Source: Rhodothermales bacterium (GTDB lineage: Bacteria > Bacteroidota > Rhodothermia > Rhodothermales > Bin80). From it: a stretch of DNA of 64,000 nucleotides. Below are positions 10,386 through 22,700 of this stretch, piece by piece (positions within the stretch are counted from its first letter, which is position 1; each line of letters starts with the position of its first letter). Location of the stretch: NCBI GenBank assembly GCA_965208025.1, contig OZ242302.1:2797980-2861979 (forward strand), in the 5' to 3' direction. Under the pieces are notes generated by a model. It did not search any database. It saw only the letters and a list, made by a program, of their open reading frames with translations, and was not told where the DNA came from. Made by a program: the position numbers and the translations under genes.

Positions 10386-11715
10386 ATGAAAAAGAAGTCA
10401 CTTCATCAAGCCCCCAAGCGTTTGAGAAAACCGTTTCTGCTTGAAGCTGTCCGGGAGTGTTTTGCCTCCATTGCGGACCCGATTGCGGGGCGGGGCTTCG
10501 TGCTTACGGATTCCCTCATGTCGGGGCTTGCCATCTTTTCGCTCAAGGATTCTTCGTTGCTTCAATTTGATCAAGCGGTGAGGGATGAAGCCCTCCCTGT
10601 CCATCGTAATCTACAAACTCTGTTCGGTGTCGCGCGGGTTCCTTCGGACTCTGGATTGCGGAAGCGTCTGGATGGGTTGGATCCACGAAGTTTGCGGGAT
10701 GCGTTCAAGAGACTGTTTTCCTTGGTGCAACGGGGGAAAGTTCTTGAGGACTACAAGTATATGGACGGGCATCTTCTTCTATCGTTGGACGGAACGGGTT
10801 ATTTTTCTTCCAAGACGGTCCATTGTGTACACTGTTGCGAGAAGCATCATCGGGATGGGAGCACGACGTATTATCATCAGATGCTCTGTGGAGCGATTGT
10901 GAGTCCAGATCAAAAGGAAGTGATTCCATTGGCACCGGAGCCGATCTTGAACACGGAATGGGGCCAAGAAAAACGATTGTGAGCGAAACGCATCCAAGCG
11001 GTTTATTGAGGATTTCAGGCGGGAGCCCCCGCACTTGAAGGTGATCTTTCTTGAAGATGGGATTGCATCGAATGCCCCGCATATCCGAGAGTTAGAGGCA
11101 AAGAATCTTCGGCGAGGGGCAAAGCCGGGCGATCATAAGTTTTTGTTTCAGGAACTGGAGAGCAAGGCCCAGACATGGGAGACGAAGGAAGACGACGGCA
11201 CCGTTCACCAATTCAGCTATCTCAACCATGTTCCGCTGAACGCATCCAATCCAGATGTAAAGGTGAATCTGCTTGCGTATCATGAGATCAAACCTGGAAC
11301 AAAGAAGCGTCCAACTCCCAAGATGAAACGGTTTTCATGGGTAACGGATTTAGCGCTAACCAAAGACACGCTCATGAAGATAATGCGAGCAGGACGGGCA
11401 AGATGGAGGATTGAGAACGAGACGTTTCACACATTAAAGAACCAAGGCGATCACTTTGAGCATAACTTTGGACATGGTCATCAGTATCTATCCAGCGTGC
11501 TCGGATCCCTGATGCTCCTTGCATTTTTGGTGGATCAGATTGAGATGCGGTGCGATGAATACTTCAGGATCGCTCTGGCGAAGATGACGCGACTCCTGTA
11601 CGTCCGAGAGAGAGTACGGGGAATACTTCGGGAGTTTGTGGTAGAGAGTTGGGATTTTTTGTACAAAGGGATTGCAGAGGGATTCAAGATTACCGTACAA
11701 ATTGATTCATCGTAG
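10386..11715 (+). pseudogene. DDE transposase of a second IS type, split by a frameshift near 10955-10985
   Basis: ORFs 10386-10982 and 11035-11715 are two halves of one protein. A frame shifted by one base reads NGAKKNDCERNASKRFIEDFRREPPHLKVIFLEDGIASNAPHI across the break. Candidate DDE residues are in LSLDGTGYF, FLEDGIASN and RWRIENETFHTLKNQG. Possible imperfect terminal repeats are TTTTCGCAAACGTTT (10243-10257) and the reverse complement of AAACCTGTTTGAGAAAAAG (11835-11853). The IS limits are low confidence. Confidence 0.65.
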
Positions 11716-12239
11716 CCAAATCAGACCTGAGGGCGGCGAGGCAGCAAAAGTGATTTTAGGTGCCATGGGATAGCTGTCTCCACGCGTGAGCAGATGGGCG
11801 AAACTAGGGACAGCTTGAACCTTAATTGAAGAAAAAACCTGTTTGAGAAAAAGGGAAATGCAATCACGTTACAGAAAACTACTTCATAAAACCAAATCTG
11901 GTGATTTGAACAGAGTTAGTGGGAGCATCTGTATAGACTATAAAGTTTTTACTAACAATAGATCGTGAATTTCTGGTGGGATCTTGTGAGATTCTGTTAG
12001 AATGTATTGGAATAACGACACTTAGGTTCTTGGGAACATAATATATATATTTATTTATATAAATCATAAATGATAAGTTACAGAAAACAAATTTTTTGAA
12101 TTTTTGGATGAATTTATTTGAACATCATTTTAATGTCATTATTACGATCATTATCCGAATTTTTTTTATATATTGTGGAAAGTTTGCTCTTTCAAAATAG
12201 CCTATTCGGCATCTATACCATTTTTCAATAACCTATTCA

Positions 12240-15200
12240 ATGAAAACTCCACCAACTGATCTATTTCCAACGTCCTCACCTGATCAAACGATTCAGAGTG
12301 GACTTACGATTGAACGTGTTTTTTCCGCCGAGCATGAAAATCCACTTGATTCAGTTGAATGGGAGCAGCGGGATGCTGTGATCAAAAACCCGCAGGGCGA
12401 GGCTATATTTGATCAGAGGAATGTAGAGTTTCCGAAAAACTGGAGCGCTTTGGCCTCCAATGTGGTTGCCTCAAAGTATTTCTATGGCGATCAGGCGAAC
12501 ACACATTTAGAGCCAGACGAAGGAGGGCGTGAGCATTCCCTACGTCAATTGATTCATCGTGTAACGCATACAATTACAGAATGGGGACATGAACAAGATT
12601 ATTTTGCTTCCCGAGAAGATGCAGAGCGATTCTATGATGAGTTGACTTGGCTTTGCGTTAACCAGTATGGTGCCTTTAACTCCCCCGTATGGTTCAACGT
12701 CGGTCTGCACGGTCGATATGGAATCATAGACTCTGGTGGAAGAACGATCTGGGGCTGGGACAGAGAGAAACAGGAGGTCGTGGACGTCGATCCGTATGAA
12801 TATCCGCAGGGCTCCGCCTGTTTTATCATCTCTGTTGAGGACTCCATTGATGATATTTGGCAACTCATGAGTGAGAGTGCCCGGTTATTCAAGTTTGGTT
12901 CCGGTGTTGGGGCAGATTGGTCAACTCTCCGGTCAAGCCACGAAAAATTATCGGGGGGGGGGGCACCCAGCGGCCCCGTAAGCTTCATGCGGGTTCAAGA
13001 TGCAACCGGGGGAACCATTAAGAGTGGAGGCAAGACACGTCGGGCGGCGATCATGCAGACCTTGAAGATCTGGCATCCAGATGTGATGGAGTTTATTGAA
13101 GCAAAAAAAGAGGAGGAGAAAAAAGCTTGGGCACTCATTGAGCAGGGCTATGATGGATCATTCAACGGCCCGGCTTACGGATCCGTGGCATTCCAGAATG
13201 TGAACCAGTCGGTGCGGGTCACCGATGAGTTCATGCAGGCGGTTGAAGCCGGCGTCCCATTCGGACTTCGTGAAGTCACTACGGGAGAAGTCGTCAGACA
13301 GCTGGATGCCAAAATGCTTCTGGATCAGATTGCTGATGGAACCTATATTTGCGGAGATCCCGGGGTACAGTACGAAGATATCATTCAGAAATGGCACACC
13401 TGTAGTACGACCGGACCCATCAACTCGAGCAATCCATGCTCTGAGTACATGTTTTTGGATAACTCCGCGTGTAATCTTGCCAGTCTGAACCTTCGGAAAT
13501 TTCAACTTGAAGATGGTTCATTTGATGTTGAACGCTACCGAGCAGCAGCGCGGATTTTTATCACCGCGATGGAAATTATTGTAGATAATGCCGGATACCC
13601 CAGCGAAAGCATTGCCAGAAATAGTCATCTCTTCCGTCCATTGGGACTCGGGTTTGCGAATTTAGGGGCTCTCCTGATGGCAATGGGCTTGCCCTATGAT
13701 AGTGATCAAGGACATGCAGTGGCCGGAGCAGTGATGGCAATCCTGCACGCCGAAGCTTATGCACGGAGTGCTGAGATTGCCGCGAATCCGAAAATTGGAC
13801 CCTTCGCTGGTTTTGAAGAGAACCGTGAGAGCATGCTGAATGTTATGCGAATGCATCAGAATGCTGCCACCGAGATTGACGATAGTTGCCCCGAAGATCT
13901 ACTTCTTGCTGCCAAAGAGTCCCTGGATCGTATGGTCACGCTCGGCGAGCAGTATGGCTACCGCAATTCACAGGTGACAGTCCTTGCCCCCACCGGAACG
14001 ATCGCATTCATGATGGACTGTGATACAACAGGGATTGAACCAGATATTGCACTGGTGAAATACAAACTGCTGGCAGGGAAAGGTGATGGTATGCTTAAAA
14101 TTGTAAATCGTACAGTACCTGAGGCGCTCACCAGGCTGGGATACGATGAGGGGCAGATTGAAAGGATCCTTGCTTATATCAATGAGCATGACACGATTGA
14201 AGGTGCACCAGATTTGAATGAGGCAGATTTGCCAGTGTTTGATTGTGCATTCAAACCATTCAAGGGAATCCGTAGTGTACGCTCTATGGGACATATTCGC
14301 ATGATGGCTGCTTGTCAACCCTTTGTATCTGGTGCGATCTCCAAGACCGTGAATATGCCTGAGGATGTGACTCGTGATGAGATCAGCGATGCGTATGTGG
14401 AGGGCTGGCGCCTCGGATTGAAAGCATTAGCGATTTACAGAGAAAATTCCAAGCGAAGTCAGCCCTTGTCTACATCTGAAGGAGGCAATACAAAGGATAC
14501 TGCTTCCGGAGATGGACTACCGGCGGAGCCCGGTCTCGTGACTCCCCGGGTTATCTATAAGTCTATACGCAAGCGCCTTCCTGACGAACGAAAGTCTATT
14601 ACCCACAAGTTTAGCGTGAGTGGACATGAAGGATATTTACATGTAGGACTCTATCCAGATACAGATCTTCCAGGTGAGATCTTCATCACGATGGCAAAGG
14701 AAGGGTCAACAATCTCTGGACTGATGGATGCCTTTGCTACAGGCATTTCCATTGCTTTGCAGTATGGAGTTCCGCTGGAAGACCTATGTGCCAAGTTCAG
14801 CTTCATGCGTTTTGAACCAAGCGGGCGTACGAATAGCCGAAGGATTCCTATGGCTATGTCCATCATGGATTACATCTTCCGTTATTTATCTATCAAGTTT
14901 CTGGAGACGCCCGTCATGCCAGATGTGATCAAAGATGCCGTTCAAGATATTGAAGCAGATGTTAGGGAAACGTGGCAAGTAGAAGATGCTGACGAAGCTC
15001 CCGCGAAATTGAAGCTCGCTCCAATGAATTCTCCGCAAGCAGCGGTGGTGACCTCCTCCGTAGGGGAAACCACCTCGGAAAATGGTACTTATCAGAATCA
15101 GGATGATGCACCGATCTGCTCAGCCTGTGGGGCAATTACCATACGGAGCGGGGCCTGCTATGTTTGTTCACAGTGCGGGAGTTCAAGTGGCTGCGGGTAA
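12240..15200 (+). CDS. nrdJ: Adenosylcobalamin-dependent (class II) ribonucleotide reductase
   Basis: The protein is 986 aa. It carries class II RNR motifs: QGSACFI, SGGGAPSGPVSFM, NPCSEYMFLDNSACNLASLNL, VLAPTGTIAFMMDCDTTGIEPD and ISKTVNMPED. The C-terminal Cys-rich tail is CSACGAITIRSGACYVCSQCGSSSGCG. Confidence 0.93.
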   Translation: MKTPPTDLFPTSSPDQTIQSGLTIERVFSAEHENPLDSVEWEQRDAVIKNPQGEAIFDQRNVEFPKNWSALASNVVASKYFYGDQANTHLEPDEGGREHSLRQLIHRVTHTITEWGHEQDYFASREDAERFYDELTWLCVNQYGAFNSPVWFNVGLHGRYGIIDSGGRTIWGWDREKQEVVDVDPYEYPQGSACFIISVEDSIDDIWQLMSESARLFKFGSGVGADWSTLRSSHEKLSGGGAPSGPVSFMRVQDATGGTIKSGGKTRRAAIMQTLKIWHPDVMEFIEAKKEEEKKAWALIEQGYDGSFNGPAYGSVAFQNVNQSVRVTDEFMQAVEAGVPFGLREVTTGEVVRQLDAKMLLDQIADGTYICGDPGVQYEDIIQKWHTCSTTGPINSSNPCSEYMFLDNSACNLASLNLRKFQLEDGSFDVERYRAAARIFITAMEIIVDNAGYPSESIARNSHLFRPLGLGFANLGALLMAMGLPYDSDQGHAVAGAVMAILHAEAYARSAEIAANPKIGPFAGFEENRESMLNVMRMHQNAATEIDDSCPEDLLLAAKESLDRMVTLGEQYGYRNSQVTVLAPTGTIAFMMDCDTTGIEPDIALVKYKLLAGKGDGMLKIVNRTVPEALTRLGYDEGQIERILAYINEHDTIEGAPDLNEADLPVFDCAFKPFKGIRSVRSMGHIRMMAACQPFVSGAISKTVNMPEDVTRDEISDAYVEGWRLGLKALAIYRENSKRSQPLSTSEGGNTKDTASGDGLPAEPGLVTPRVIYKSIRKRLPDERKSITHKFSVSGHEGYLHVGLYPDTDLPGEIFITMAKEGSTISGLMDAFATGISIALQYGVPLEDLCAKFSFMRFEPSGRTNSRRIPMAMSIMDYIFRYLSIKFLETPVMPDVIKDAVQDIEADVRETWQVEDADEAPAKLKLAPMNSPQAAVVTSSVGETTSENGTYQNQDDAPICSACGAITIRSGACYVCSQCGSSSGCG

Positions 15201-15399
15201 ATAGGAATAGTATCAGCGTGTATCCTGACTGTCCGCCTACATTCCCTGTTCCAAGTGAAGAATGAGTTGATTGGTCAGGTTTTGGCTTGAATACCAGGCA
15301 CGGGCTGTAAGCGGTTACTCCCTCGTCTTGTTGTTCCTCAAGATCACCGTAGCAATGGTCCGTGTCTATAAAACGGAAAGGGCTTCAAGATTCAGATGT

Positions 15400-15749
15400 C
15401 TTGATATTTTGTAAGGTTGAAACACCAGTTTTCAATATTTTTGGCATCTCATCCCAAGTGCGCTTGGCAAGAATTCTGCCTGTTCACTTCTTGACAGTGC
15501 CACCCCATTGCTTGAAGAACAAAGCGATTTTGCTTCGCAGGCAGTTATCGCGCATTTCTCGCACCCAGTCCAGATTCGCCTCCAACGATTACCCAGTTAA
15601 TTCCTTTCAGGTTAAGACCCGTTAAAGGTCCCAGTAGTGGCTCGAGCGACAGGAATTTTACCCAGACACCTGTCTGTTTCGGTGCGCCCAGTGGGTAACT
15701 CCATCGATCTGTTTCAATGCTCACACCCAGCCAAATATTTGGAGTCCAG
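15400..15749 (-). pseudogene. Remnant (C-terminal ~115 codons) of a phage Gp37/Gp68-family (DUF5131-like) gene
   Basis: The minus strand reads PNIWLGVSIETDRWSYPLGAPKQTGVWVKFLSLEPLLGPLTGLNLKGINWVIVGGESGLGARNAR*. After a frameshift it reads ALFFKQWGGTVKK*TGRILAKRTWDEMP. This fits the remembered family signature (WLGVSxE, SxEPLLG, DWVIVGGESG, FFFKQWG, GRxxDGRxWDExP). The N-terminal half is missing, cut at ~15750 where the istB remnant starts. Confidence 0.55.
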
Positions 15750-16121
15750 ATGAGATCCCGACTGATCTCCCGACTGCTGGAAACCCCGCAAACCGCGCGC
15801 GAGGAAAGAACCTACTTGAACGAATTGTAACAGCTTACGCGGATAGATGTATTGGTGCTGGATGACTGGGGACTCCATCGGATTGATGCGCGTTCGCAAC
15901 GCGACCTTATGGAACTGCTTGATGATCGCCATACCGTACGATCTACCATTGCGACGAGTCAGTATCCCTTGGAAAAATAGTATGAGACCATGGAAGATCC
16001 CACACTGGCAGATGCGATCTTAGATTGACTGGTGAACAACGCACACAAAATTGAACGAACTGGCGAGTCCATGCGCAAAGTGCAGGGACATCAAGAATTG
16101 AATAACGAATCAACCTCGTGA
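15750..16121 (+). pseudogene. istB: IS21-family IstB (helper ATPase) C-terminal remnant with three in-frame stops
   Basis: A single frame reads [109 protein letters not shown]. This matches the IstB Walker B/sensor region (LLILDDxG, STIxTSQ, DPTxADAILDRLVHNAH). The Walker A region is absent. Confidence 0.75.
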
Positions 16122-16700
16122 TGCAATCCGTCTTGCATACATACGGTGCACGACTACGTCGTCCATTTGGGTGGTTCACTTCGCTCGGAATTTGCATCCT
16201 GAATCGGGTAGGTCTGCGGACAAGTCGCCTCGCCACGATTTTCTTGCCGCATCCTCCAATGCCTATCAACTTATTCAGATAGACAAATCCTTTCCGTGAA
16301 GGAATATTTCAATTCGGTGGCAGAGCACAGTCCAGTTCAATTCTTAGATAGAGAAGGATTTTCCCGACTCGGAAGATTTGTCTATTTCACTTGTGTGATA
16401 GGGGGACATAATGGACGAGGTGGAACCCTTAGCAGGCGATAAATCCGTCTTTCATGGTCTGGATAAACATGCTTGGGATAATCCCAAAGAAGGGAAAGAA
16501 AAACCATTGAAAAATGCTTTCAATAGCATCGGAATAACAATTACAAAAAAATGATTGAATGGAATAATTAAGGGAAAAAGTGAATAATTATTGAATTATT
16601 AAGGTATTTTATGTATAATTACTGAATAAAGTCTGTGAAGGTCTTGATGTTTATTGTTTGTAAATAGTGTTCACGAACCATTGACCATTCCATTGATCAG

Positions 16701-19700
16701 ATGTATTTATCAAACTTTCAAAGCATATATCCCCTATTTTTTGTTCAAATCTTTTTGCTGTCATTCGTATTCTCAGTGAAATCTATTGGGGATCGGGTCA
16801 GCGGACAGGATAGATCTGAGCAAGGATTCCAAATATTTTGGATTACCAAAGTTTTTCTGTCATGCAGGAATTCACGAATAAAATGGAGACATTTTTCTCC
16901 CATTGGTCTGTTCCTTGTTCTAGTCTCATTTTTTCCGAGTTTGGTATGGGCACAGGATACCACACCCCCTACCGTTTCTTCTGCAACGGTGGATGAGACT
17001 ACTCTGGTGGTCGTCTTTAGTGAGGAATTGGTTTCTGTCAGCGGTCTGACTAACTCAGCTTTCACGGTCAAGAAAAGGCCGAGTAGAGGATCCGAAGAAG
17101 ACCAATCACTCATCGGCACCCCGACCGTCAGCGGGGAAACAGTGACCCTCACATCAAGCAGTCCTGTGATCGCATCTGATAGGGGAACGGTAAAGGTGAG
17201 CTACACGGCTCCAACTGAGTCGGATGCCAAGCTTCGGGATGCAGCGGGGAATAATGTGGTGGATTTTATGGATCTAAAAGTGCTCAATTTGAGGAGCGGA
17301 ATTTGTTCTCGGACCGAGGTCGTGAAAGATCTGATTTTAAATGAGATCACGAGGACTGAGTTTTGTGATGAGGTCACGAGTAACGATTTAAGCAATATTC
17401 CTTATTTAAGTTTTAGTGAGATGGGTATTACTGAACTGAAGTCCGGTGATTTCAATGGACTCTCCAACTTAGCGAGCCTCAATCTTGCTACCAATTCTCT
17501 CACGAGTCTACCTCAAGATCTGTTTGATGGACTCACCAACTTAGACCTTCTCAATCTTTTTGCCAATTCACTCACGAGTCTACACGAAGATCTGTTTGAT
17601 GGACTCACCAAGTTGGAGACTCTCGGCCTTGGGGAAAACCCTCTCACGAGTTTACATCAGGATCTGTTTGATGGACTCACCAGCTTAAATCGGCTTCAAC
17701 TTCGTACCAACTCTCTCACGGATCTACATCCAGATCTGTTTGATGGACTCACCAGCCTTACTCGACTTGAACTTCATACCAACGCTCTCACGAATCTACA
17801 TCAAGATCTGTTTGATGGACTCACCAGCTTAGAGTGGCTTGAACTTGATAACAACGCTCTCACGGATCTACATCCAGATCTGTTTGATGGACTCACCAGC
17901 TTAAGTCGGCTTGAACTTCAGAACAACTCTCTCAAGAGTCTACATCCAGATCTATTTGATGGACTCACCAGCTTGGAGGAGATCCTCCTTGATAACAACT
18001 CTCTCACCTGTGTCCCTGCCAAAATATTTAGTCGGGCGAGTATCCGTATTTCCCCTTCCAGTCTTGCTGCCTGCCCTGCCCTCTCGGTCACGTTAAGTAC
18101 GAACCCGAGTACCATTGGGGAAGAGGATGAAGCCACCGAAGTAGCGGTAACAGGCACATTAAACGTCCTTCAGTCGACTGCCACACCGGTGACGGTCTCT
18201 GTGGGATCGGGTACCGCGACCTCAGGAACGGACTTTACTGCGGTCTCCGATTTTACGATCAGCATTCTGGGGAACACCTTGTCTGCCACTGGGACATTCA
18301 CGCTGACGCCTACTTCGGATACTGTAGATGAGCCGGATGAGACCGTGATGATCACCGGAACCAGCGTGGTGGAGGATGTGACGGTCAACGGAACCAGTCT
18401 CACGATCACGGACAATGATGCTACGCCGACGGTAACCCTCCATCTTTCCCCTACCTCCATCGGCGAAAACGCAGGTAGTTCTATGGTGACGGCAACCCTT
18501 AACCACCCCTCCAGTGAGGAGACCACGGTCACGATCTCGCTGGACCCAACCTTGCCAGCCACTGATTCAGACTATACACTGAGTGGGAGCACGCTCACGA
18601 TTGCAGCGGGCGCAACCGAAAGCACGGAGACCGTAACGATTGCGGCAGAGGATAATAATGTGATTGCCCCCGACAAGATCGTGACCGTGCAAGGGACAGC
18701 TTCAAATACCCAAGGAATCATTGATCCGACGGATGTGGAACTGACAATCACCGATGACGATTTGGAACTGATCGTGACGCTGATTCTTTCGCCCGCCTCC
18801 ATCGGCGAAAATGCCGGTACGACGACGGTGACCGCGAGACTGAATCAGGCTTCCAGCGAGGTAACCACGGTCACGGTGACCACCCTTCCCGATGCACCGG
18901 CGGTAAATTCGGATTATACGATGAGTCCGAACCCGACGCTCATCATTGCGGCGGGGTCAACCGAGAGCACGGGGCTGGTAACGATCACGGCGGCGGATAA
19001 TCTGGTAGATGCTCCAGATAAGACGGTACAGGTGCAGGGCACGGCGACAAATGCGCAGGGGGACATCAGTCCAGTGAACGTGGAGCTTACGATCATGGAT
19101 GACGAGGAGGCACCGACGGTGACGCTTACGCTCGAGCCCGCGTCCATCACAGAAAATGCGGGGATTGCAACCGTGACTGGGGTGCTGAATCGTCCCTCCA
19201 GTGCGGTGACGACGATCCTGGTCTCGGCTCTCCCTGACGCGCCAGCAGCGGCGACGGACTTTGCACTGGGCGGGAACCTGAGACTGACGATTGCGGCAGG
19301 GGAGACGAACAGTACTGGGCTTGTGACGATCACGTCGGTGGACAATGCAGTGGATGGTCCGGACAAGACCGTACAGGTGCAGGGGACCGCGACGAATATT
19401 CAAGGCGTGACCGGGCCGGAGGCAGTGGATCTCACAATCACGGATGACGATCTGGCACCAGCGGTGACGCTCTCTCTCTCTCCAGCTTCCATTACCGAAA
19501 ACAATGGAGTTACGACGATCACCGCAACGCTGGATCGTCCTTCAAGTGAGGGGACCACGGTCACGATCACCACCCTACCTGACGCGCCAGCAACCGAGTT
19601 AGATTATACGCAGGATGGGGATCTACTCACGATTGCGGCAGGGGAGACTGAGAGTACGGGACTTGTGACGATCACGGCCGTGGATAATGCGATGAATGCG

Positions 19701-22700
19701 CCGAACAAGACTGTGTTGGTACAGGGCATCGCAACAAATACGCAAGGGCTGACGGGGCCCGAAGATGTAGAGTTGACAATCCTGGATGACGATTTGACGC
19801 CAACGGTGGCCCTGGAGCTCTCGCAAGTTTCGATTGGCGAAAATGGAGGACAGACCACCATCACAGCTACCCTCAGCCGTCCTTCCAGTGAAATAACTAT
19901 AATTGAAGTAACGGTGTTTCCCGAAGCGCCTGCCACGGAGTCAGATTATACGCTGAGTGGTCGCACGCTGACGATTGTAGCAGGGGAAACGGGCAGTTCG
20001 GAAGTGATGACGATCACGGCCGTGGACAATACGACCGATACGCCAGACAAGACGGTACAGGTGCAAGGGGAAGTCACCAGTTCGTTGGGGGTAACCAGCC
20101 CGCCTCCAGTGCAACTGACGATCACCGATGACGAACTGACCCCAACGGTGACGCTCATGCTGGATCCTCCCATAATCAGCGAGAATGGAGGCAGGACCAC
20201 GGTCACGGCAATGCTCAACCATCCTTCCAGTGCCATGACAACGGTCGTGGTCTCGGCACTTGCCAATCCGCCGGCGATGGCATCGGACCTGATGCTGAGT
20301 CAGAACACGATCCTGACCATGGCGGCGGGAGAGACCGAAAGTACGAGGATCGTGACCATCACTGCCGTAGATAATGCCGTGGATGCGCCAGACAAGACCG
20401 TGCAGGTGCAGGCCGTTGCCACGAACCCGCAGGGGGTGACCGTGCCTGCAGATGTTGTTCTGACCATTACCGATGACGAAGAGGTGAATCCGGCAGTATC
20501 GCTGATCCTCACTCCTGCCTCCATCGGAGAAAATGGCGGTCAAACAACGGTAACCGCAACAATGGATCCTCCCTCCAGTTTCGTAACCATGATCGTAGTG
20601 TCAGTCCTACCTAACGCACCAGCCACCGAGTCGGATTGTCAAATCAGCGATAACTCAACGCTCACCATTGCGGCAGGGGAGACCGAAAGTACGGGGCTCG
20701 TAACCATTACAGCGGTGGATAACGAAGTGAGTGCACCAGCCAAGACAATGCAGGTGCAGGGTACTGTGACGAATCCGCAGGACGTAACAGGCCCAATAGG
20801 GGTAGAGCTTACGATCACGGATGATGAGGCGCTTCCCACCGTCATGCTGATGCTGGATCCCTCTACGATTGAGGAGAATGGAGGCAGGACGACGGTTACG
20901 GCATCTTTGAATCGGGTCTCTGGGATGGTGACCACCATTGAAGTGACGGTGCTCCCCGATGCGTCGGCCACGGAGTCGGATTATCAAATCAGCGCGAACC
21001 CGACGCTCACCATTGCAGCAGGGGAGATCAAGAGTACGGGGCTGGTGACCATTACAGCGATTGATAACGAGGTGGATGCACCAGACAAGACGGTCCAGGT
21101 TCAGGGGATCGCGACGAATGCACAGGGAATCACAGGGCCGGCGGAGGTGGAACTTACGATCACCGATGACGAGGAGATGCCACAGGTGAAGTTACAGCTG
21201 GATCCTCCTACGATTGCGGAGAATGGAGGCATGACGACCGTCACAGCAACTCAGGACAGGGCTTCCAGCGAGGAGACCACGATCACGATCTCAGTTTTTC
21301 CCACCGCGCCAGCTACTGAGTCAGATTATACGTTGAGTATCTATAGGATTCTCACCATTGCTGCAGGAGATACAGAGAGTACGGGGCTGGTGACCATTAC
21401 AGCGGTTGATAACAAGGTGGATGCACCGGACAAAACGGTGCAGGTACAAGGGAAAGTTACCAGTTCGTTGGGGGTAACCAGCCCGCCGACAGTGCAGCTG
21501 ACGATCACCGATGACGAAGCGGTACCAGCAGTGACGCTACAGCTGGATCCCGCCACGATCGCGGAAAATGGAGAGAGCACGACCGTCACAGCAACCTTGG
21601 ACAGAGCATCTGATGAGGAGACCTCAATTGCGGTGTCGGTGCTCCCTGACGCGCCCGCCACAGCGTCGGATTATGTATTGAGCGATCACTTGACGCTCAC
21701 GATTTCGGCGGGCGAACTCACCAGTGCCGGGCTGGTTACGATCACGGCGGTGGACAACGAAGTGGATGCACCGGACAAGACGGTGGAGGTGCGGGGCATG
21801 GCGACGAATGCGCAGGGCGTGACTGATCCAGCGGATGCGACCCTCACGATCACTGATGATGAAGAAGCCCCTGTCGTCACGCTGGTATTGGATCCCTCCA
21901 CGATTGGGGAGAATGAAGGGAGGACGACGGTCACGGCCATCCTGAACAGGCCTTCAAGTGCGGTGACGACGATCGCAGTGACGGCGCTTCCCGATGCGCC
22001 CGCCACGGAGTCGGATTATCAACTGAGTGACAATCAAATACTGACGATTGCAGCGGGCGAGACGGAGAGTATGGGGTGCATGACCATCACGGCGGTAGAC
22101 AACGAAGTAGATGCGCCAAATAAGATCATACAGGTGCAAGGCATGGCCACGAATACGCAGGGCATGACGGATCCAGCAGCTGTAACCCTCACGATCACCG
22201 ATGACGATGAATCGTTTCCGGTGGCCCAAGATGCAACGGTCACCACGGAGGAAGATACGCCGCACCCGTTTGGCATATCCGACTTTGGGTACAACGATCC
22301 CGAGGGAGATCCACTGGCGGCCGTTCGGATTGAGCGGCATCCAGATGCGGGAACATTGACCTTGGGCGGAATCGGGTTCGCCGCCGGGACACAGATTTTA
22401 GTAGCCCAGATCTCGGCGGGAGAGCTCGTCTTTACGCCAGTCGCCAATGCATATGGCCCGGCGTACACGAGCTTTGACTTCAAGGTTAGCGATGGGACAT
22501 CAGAGAGTCCATCGGCCGCCCGGATGACCATTGACGTAACGCCGGTGAACGATGTGGCAACCGGAAGGCCCCAGATCATTGGGTCTATGCAGTTGGGACA
22601 GGTGCTTCGGGTTTCAGTGGAGGAGATTCAGGATCTAGATGGATTGCGCCGTGCACAGGCTGGGGAGACGGGATATGGGTATCGCTATCAGTGGCTCCGC

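Noticed and set aside
12030-12239. Possible NrdR boxes (ACATAATATATATATT at ~12035 and TTATATATTGTGG at ~12165) or a cobalamin riboswitch upstream of nrdJ.
   Set aside because: Each site matches only one half of the 16-bp NrdR palindrome. They are ~125 bp apart rather than the usual ~31-32 bp, and the region is generally AT-rich, so such matches are expected. I saw no conserved B12-box-like element or riboswitch-like structure. A PWM or covariance-model scan would settle both.
15362-15625. An 87-aa plus-strand ORF between nrdJ and the istB remnant.
   Set aside because: It is antisense to the recognisable Gp37/DUF5131-like remnant and has no family resemblance.
16276-16387. An imperfect inverted repeat, cagatagacaaatcctttccg ... 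cggaagatttgtctatttc, downstream of the istB remnant. It could be an IS21 right end.
   Set aside because: It does not contain the CCTGACTTCG motif seen at the other IS21-like end. It is imperfect and has no flanking target duplication, so it cannot be distinguished from a fortuitous hairpin.
17455-22206. The regular tandem repeats could superficially look like a CRISPR array.
   Set aside because: The repeats are contiguous with no unique spacers. Their periods (72 and ~345 bp) are multiples of 3, and they translate in frame into LRR and Calx-beta-like modules of one large ORF. No cas genes are present.
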